64,000 nt of DNA from Amoebophrya sp. A120 (lineage: Eukaryota; Protista; Dinoflagellata). Made by a program: the position numbers and the translations under genes. The notes below the pieces were generated by a model, which searched no databases, was not told the origin of the DNA, and was given only the letters and a program-made list of their open reading frames with translations. Below are positions 60,101-64,000 of this stretch, piece after piece. The stretch is taken from assembly GCA_905178155.1 (NCBI GenBank), contig CAJINV010000002.1, positions 10,459,455 through 10,523,454 of the forward strand. The letters are read 5' to 3'. Each line of letters starts with the position of its first letter. The stretch's first letter is position 1.

Positions 60101-60388
60101 GACCTTCGTGGGCAACACCGAGCCCATGTTCATTCGGTCGAGCGTGGTGAATCGCATCTTCTTGTCGGGATGAGAACCGTCGATCGCGTGCAGGTGTATT
60201 TCGTTTGGGATTTCCTTCTTCCCGGCCGCGCCGCCTCCTCCGCACGAGATCGCGTGTCGCCCGTTCTCGCAGCATTCCAGCCCCAGGAGCGGGTACGGCG
60301 CAATGTAGATGTCACGCTGCGGGTCGTAAAGGGGCTGGTTCGAAGCCGTCGACGAAGACGAGCCCCCGCCTTTGGAGGTTGCCGGCAT
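57118..60388 (-). CDS. SEC12: Sec12/PREB-like WD40 guanine nucleotide exchange factor for Sar1
   Basis: N-terminal YP...GGGGAAGKKEIPN K-loop; WD blades LLTAGTDGVAKVW, GHTKQIEAMDVSPD and LSASGDYTV; C-terminal TM helix; ends in RAEL. Four introns. Confidence 0.82.
58721..59928. mobile_element. TAT...ATA-family intron (tat...aca) carrying a nested insertion
   Basis: Perfect direct repeat tcatt. Removal gives GCQELMKFHSLCEGYLLTAG. Confidence 0.6.
58757..59771 (-). mobile_element. 1015-bp GC-rich insertion, probably a 5'-truncated non-LTR retrotransposon remnant
   Basis: Perfect 13-bp duplication atgtctcaaaaat at 58744-58756 and 59772-59784. Short (TGTA)n tail at the minus-strand 3' end. Broken ORFs. 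Confidence 0.75.
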
Positions 60389-61317
60389 GATGGCTGTTTA
60401 TGTCTAGCACAACTTCAACTTCGCGGTTGATTTACTTCTTTCCACCGAGGACTACCTCTAGGAAAATTGTATTCTTACTTACCGTTCGGTACAGGATAAA
60501 CGCAACAATTTCAGAGTCAGTGGAATCAATTAAATTGACAGACTGTTTTTTTCATTTACCGCTGTTGTTGTAATAAGGCTTACAACAGCTTGTGGCGATT
60601 GAATTTGCTGTTTCCATAGGTCGGATTCGGAATTTTACCTACACCTACTACTACTTCTACAAATTGTTATAAGTGCTACTATGGGTTAGAATATCAACAG
60701 AACGCAGCCATCGTTAGATTAGAATACCTCCAGAAGTGCGGGCAAAAATATATGTATGAGAACGAGCAGTAGTGAACTGAGACTGCGTGACACTGCGGGT
60801 CATGAATGAAATTCACATTCATTTTGCTGGTATTGTTTTGGTTCTATGCCCTCCCAGTATAGAAGCAAGAGGTCTTGCACAACTCGGTGCATGTCTACGG
60901 GCAGCTTTCCATCGCAATTTTGCTTCCTAGGCGGAAATTTCTTGAGATCGTTAGCTTCTTCAAATCGAGCTGTTTTGAAATCGCAGCTGTCTGTGTGGCT
61001 AGAACGAACTGCAGGTTTCTTGATGCGAAACACGACACGAAGAACGCAAACAGAACGAGCATGATAGATATGGACGAGACGAAACTACAATTCGACGAAC
61101 AACTTTTGCCGGGCAAATAAATATGACAACACACGCAAAGTTGTACGTGATGCACCTGCAAACAGACTGATAAGGATTGACTTCACAGCGCGTTAGAAAT
61201 TAGTTGGATTTTAGTCTTTTTGTTGTTGAATACGCATCTGGTGACATACGGACATGCAGATGCTCTTCATCGCATCAAACAGGCACAAATCGGAAATAGT
61301 ACAGATCCCGGCTACTG

Positions 61318-63563
61318 CTACCTGGGCAGAATGCGGAACAGTGTGACACTAGCGATTCCGCCCGTGGCATCGAGCACTTCGAACGCCGCGCCCTCCTTTT
61401 CCCAGTAATACGTGGTCGTGGCAAACGCGGGCTGTGGTATTCTCCGCATGCAGGACCCTTTCGCGTTCTTCGCAAGCACGTCGCGCATCTTCCAGCTGGG
61501 ATCGATGGTACAGGGGCGACCGAGAAACCCGCTGCCATCCAACTCGAAAAAACACCGTTCATACTTGCCAAACAGCGGATGCTCCGGTAGGTTGGTGTGC
61601 AGCCGAATTTGCGTAACCCAGTGGCTCTTACTGCAGAAAATCGCGTCCACACCACGCTGGTGGTACTGGTACGCGTAGAAGTGGTGCCCGGCCTCGTCTT
61701 CGTCGACGTCATCCGGGCAACCGAGTTCGCTCAACACGTCCTGGCACGTGGCACCGAGCCGGATCACACTCACCTTTCATTTTTTGAAGAACGACGTTAC
61801 GATCAGCATCTTCAAGCTGGCCACCCGAAGAACATGAAAAGGCAAGGACATAGGCTAGACGCCTTAATGGCCCTCAATTCACTTCTTCTACAAGAATACC
61901 GAGGGGCCACAGCAGAGGCAGCTAGGAAAATATCTGCACGACCAGAAGACCCCAAAACATAGATAGTAGTGATCCATCGTGGTCCTTTGAAAAACGATGC
62001 ATGAGAGAGTACCCTGGCAGGCTGCTGTATCTGCACCCCTATGCGAAGACGCGCGATGGCCTTCGGTCTTGGGGGCAGCGGCTCCAGCTGCAGTACTTTG
62101 TTTGTGTCCTGCGCAAGATCTTCGGCCTCTGGTGCCATTTGTTGATGGCCCGGCAACACCCACAAGCGCGAGGCGATGTCCGCCTCCCCTCTGATTTCGT
62201 CTTTTACAGCAGGATCTTGATCTTGTAGAGTTCGAGACAAGGGAGACGATGCACCACCACCATCCCGGGCTCCTTCGATGTGCACTGCCAATCCCTCAGG
62301 AAATCGGAGAACTTCCTCGTGCTCCTTTTCCGCCTGCCTTCCCACTGTGGTCAGCGCGCGACTTAAGAGGTCGGAGGCCGCACTTCCTAATGTCTTCGAT
62401 GTAGGTCGGAAAACCGCACTGCTCCTGCCCGGGACGCCGGATGACAACTCCCAACCACATCCGAAAAGTTCCTGAATTCGTCCTTTTGTTACCAGATCGG
62501 TGCCCAGCGAAAAAAACGGCTCGTGGTTGTACGAGAAGCAGACTGCTGGCTTCTGCAATCTCCGCCCTGCAACGTTACTAGTTCCCTTTGAGGATAGCAC
62601 GTCCCCTGCTGCTGCCGGTGATGCAAGACCCCCGCCCGAGAAAGCTGCCGGACCTTCGTCGCCCTCGTGATCGTGCGCGGACCCAAAACTCGGACCCTCC
62701 TCCCGGCCGAAGGCAGGGGAGTTGTCGTCTTCCTGTTGCGTCGCGCCGGAAGAACTGTTCGAGGTAGTTGAGGAGTCGTTGATAGCCGGCACGGCTTCCG
62801 CTTTCTTCTTCCGTGTGCTTTTTTTCTTGCGGCTTTTCGCGGGTAGCCACTCCCCGCCCTCGGCCTCGCCCGCGCCAAAACCCGCGAAAATGGGAGTTGT
62901 CTCGACCGTTGAAGTGGGCGTTTCGTCGGTGGTTTCATCTATACCGCTGTGAACAAGGGTATCTGCTTTCGTACTTTCGCCGTTTTTATTCACTCCCCTG
63001 TCCTCTTGTACCTTCAACCAGACTATGATGCAAAGGAGCTGTTGTCGGTAGGCATCGAAGCACAGCTGCACACCGAGCTCATTCAGCCGGATAATCATCA
63101 CCAGGGGCTCTGTTCCACTACTCGACGACGATGAAATGTGCTGAGCAGTAACTGCGTCTTTGCTTGTTGTAGTCGTGCCAGCCTCTTCTTCTTTCGGTTC
63201 GCTCACGCTCTCTTCCAGCGCAGACACCACCGCGACGCCTCCCTCCGCCTCTGTTGTGCTCGTCTCTTCTGCTTGGCTGTCCGCAAGAACGAGCGCCTCT
63301 GCATTTTTTGCAAATTTACCACCAGCATCGGCAGTATTTTCCACAACTTCCTCCGCCGCAGAGCCGAACTCCTGATCCTCGTCGGGAAAGTCTTGCTTGT
63401 CTCGGTCGCCGCCGTCGTCATCCACCTCGTCGTGCTGGTAGTACATGATTTCTGCGTTCGCAGAAAGCTGCTGCAACTTCTCCAATACATCGTTCAAAGT
63501 CTCTCCCAGAGAAAAGGGTCCGACACTTCGCCCAGGAACGATTTCCCATTCTGATTTGTTCAT
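61318..63563 (-). CDS. PHAF1: PHAF1/C16orf70 (UPF0183) family protein
   Basis: IVPGRSVGPFSLG, GVQLCFD..QQL, GATCQDVLSELGCPD, LHTNLPEHPLFGKYERCFF. GT-AG intron 61774-62012. Confidence 0.85.
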
Positions 63564-63839
63564 CGCTCTATTCTAGTGATACGTTGCTTTCTTTGTACGT
63601 GCGTCCGGATGCGGTTGACGTCGTGCAAGCACACGTTCGTTGAAGGATCTCTGATCTAAGTTTTGAGTTGTATTGAAGGTTAGGAGTAAGAGTAACGGCC
63701 AACGACAATGACTCTGGCACGCATAAACCGGAAGCTGCTGTCGCCTCGTTTCCCTCGCGAGAGCTGTTCTCATTTGCTATAACTCATATTAATACAAACA
63801 AAATCCCCTGGCCACAGAAAAACGGCAAAAAATTTCAAG

Positions 63840-64000
63840 ACGCGCGCGCGCGCGCGTTACGCGCGCGCGGGTAACGCGTGCGCGGGCGCCCGTAATGCGC
63901 GCACGCGCGTAACGCGTACAGGCGGGCGCGTAACGCGCTGCGCGTCGCGTAACGCGCGCGCGCGTAACGCGCGAGGCACGCGGGGGGCCGGGCGGGGGCC
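63840..64000. repeat. CG-dinucleotide-rich low-complexity tract with recurring GCGTAACGC units
   Basis: (CG)n runs interrupted by TAA/TTA, running off the end of the window. Confidence 0.85.

Overview
Eukaryotic, intron-containing genomic DNA. Gene architecture is most consistent with a parasitic dinoflagellate (Syndiniales, Amoebophrya-like); this taxonomic call is an inference. About 15 protein-coding genes lie head-to-tail on the minus strand. Recognisable products: DNA polymerase delta catalytic subunit (10 exons), a DEAD-box helicase, a Sec12/PREB-like WD40 protein, a PHAF1/UPF0183 homolog, a METTL13/EEF1AKMT4-like methyltransferase, an MFS transporter, a TPR protein, cold-shock-domain proteins, an EF-hand/PAM2 protein and a giant (>4400 aa) protein with about 27 copies of an unfamiliar repeat. 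The main non-coding signal is a family of about 12 hairpin 'introner' introns. They have TAT...ATA termini, a 5-bp flanking direct repeat and inverted-repeat arms that differ from locus to locus; several share a subterminal GCAT(C/G/T)ACAAAT motif. Several cannot be removed at GT-AG, yet they interrupt conserved motifs of essential genes. One carries a nested 1-kb insertion with a 13-bp target-site duplication that looks like a truncated non-LTR retroelement. All exon junctions were inferred by eye from reading-frame and motif continuity, without transcript data.
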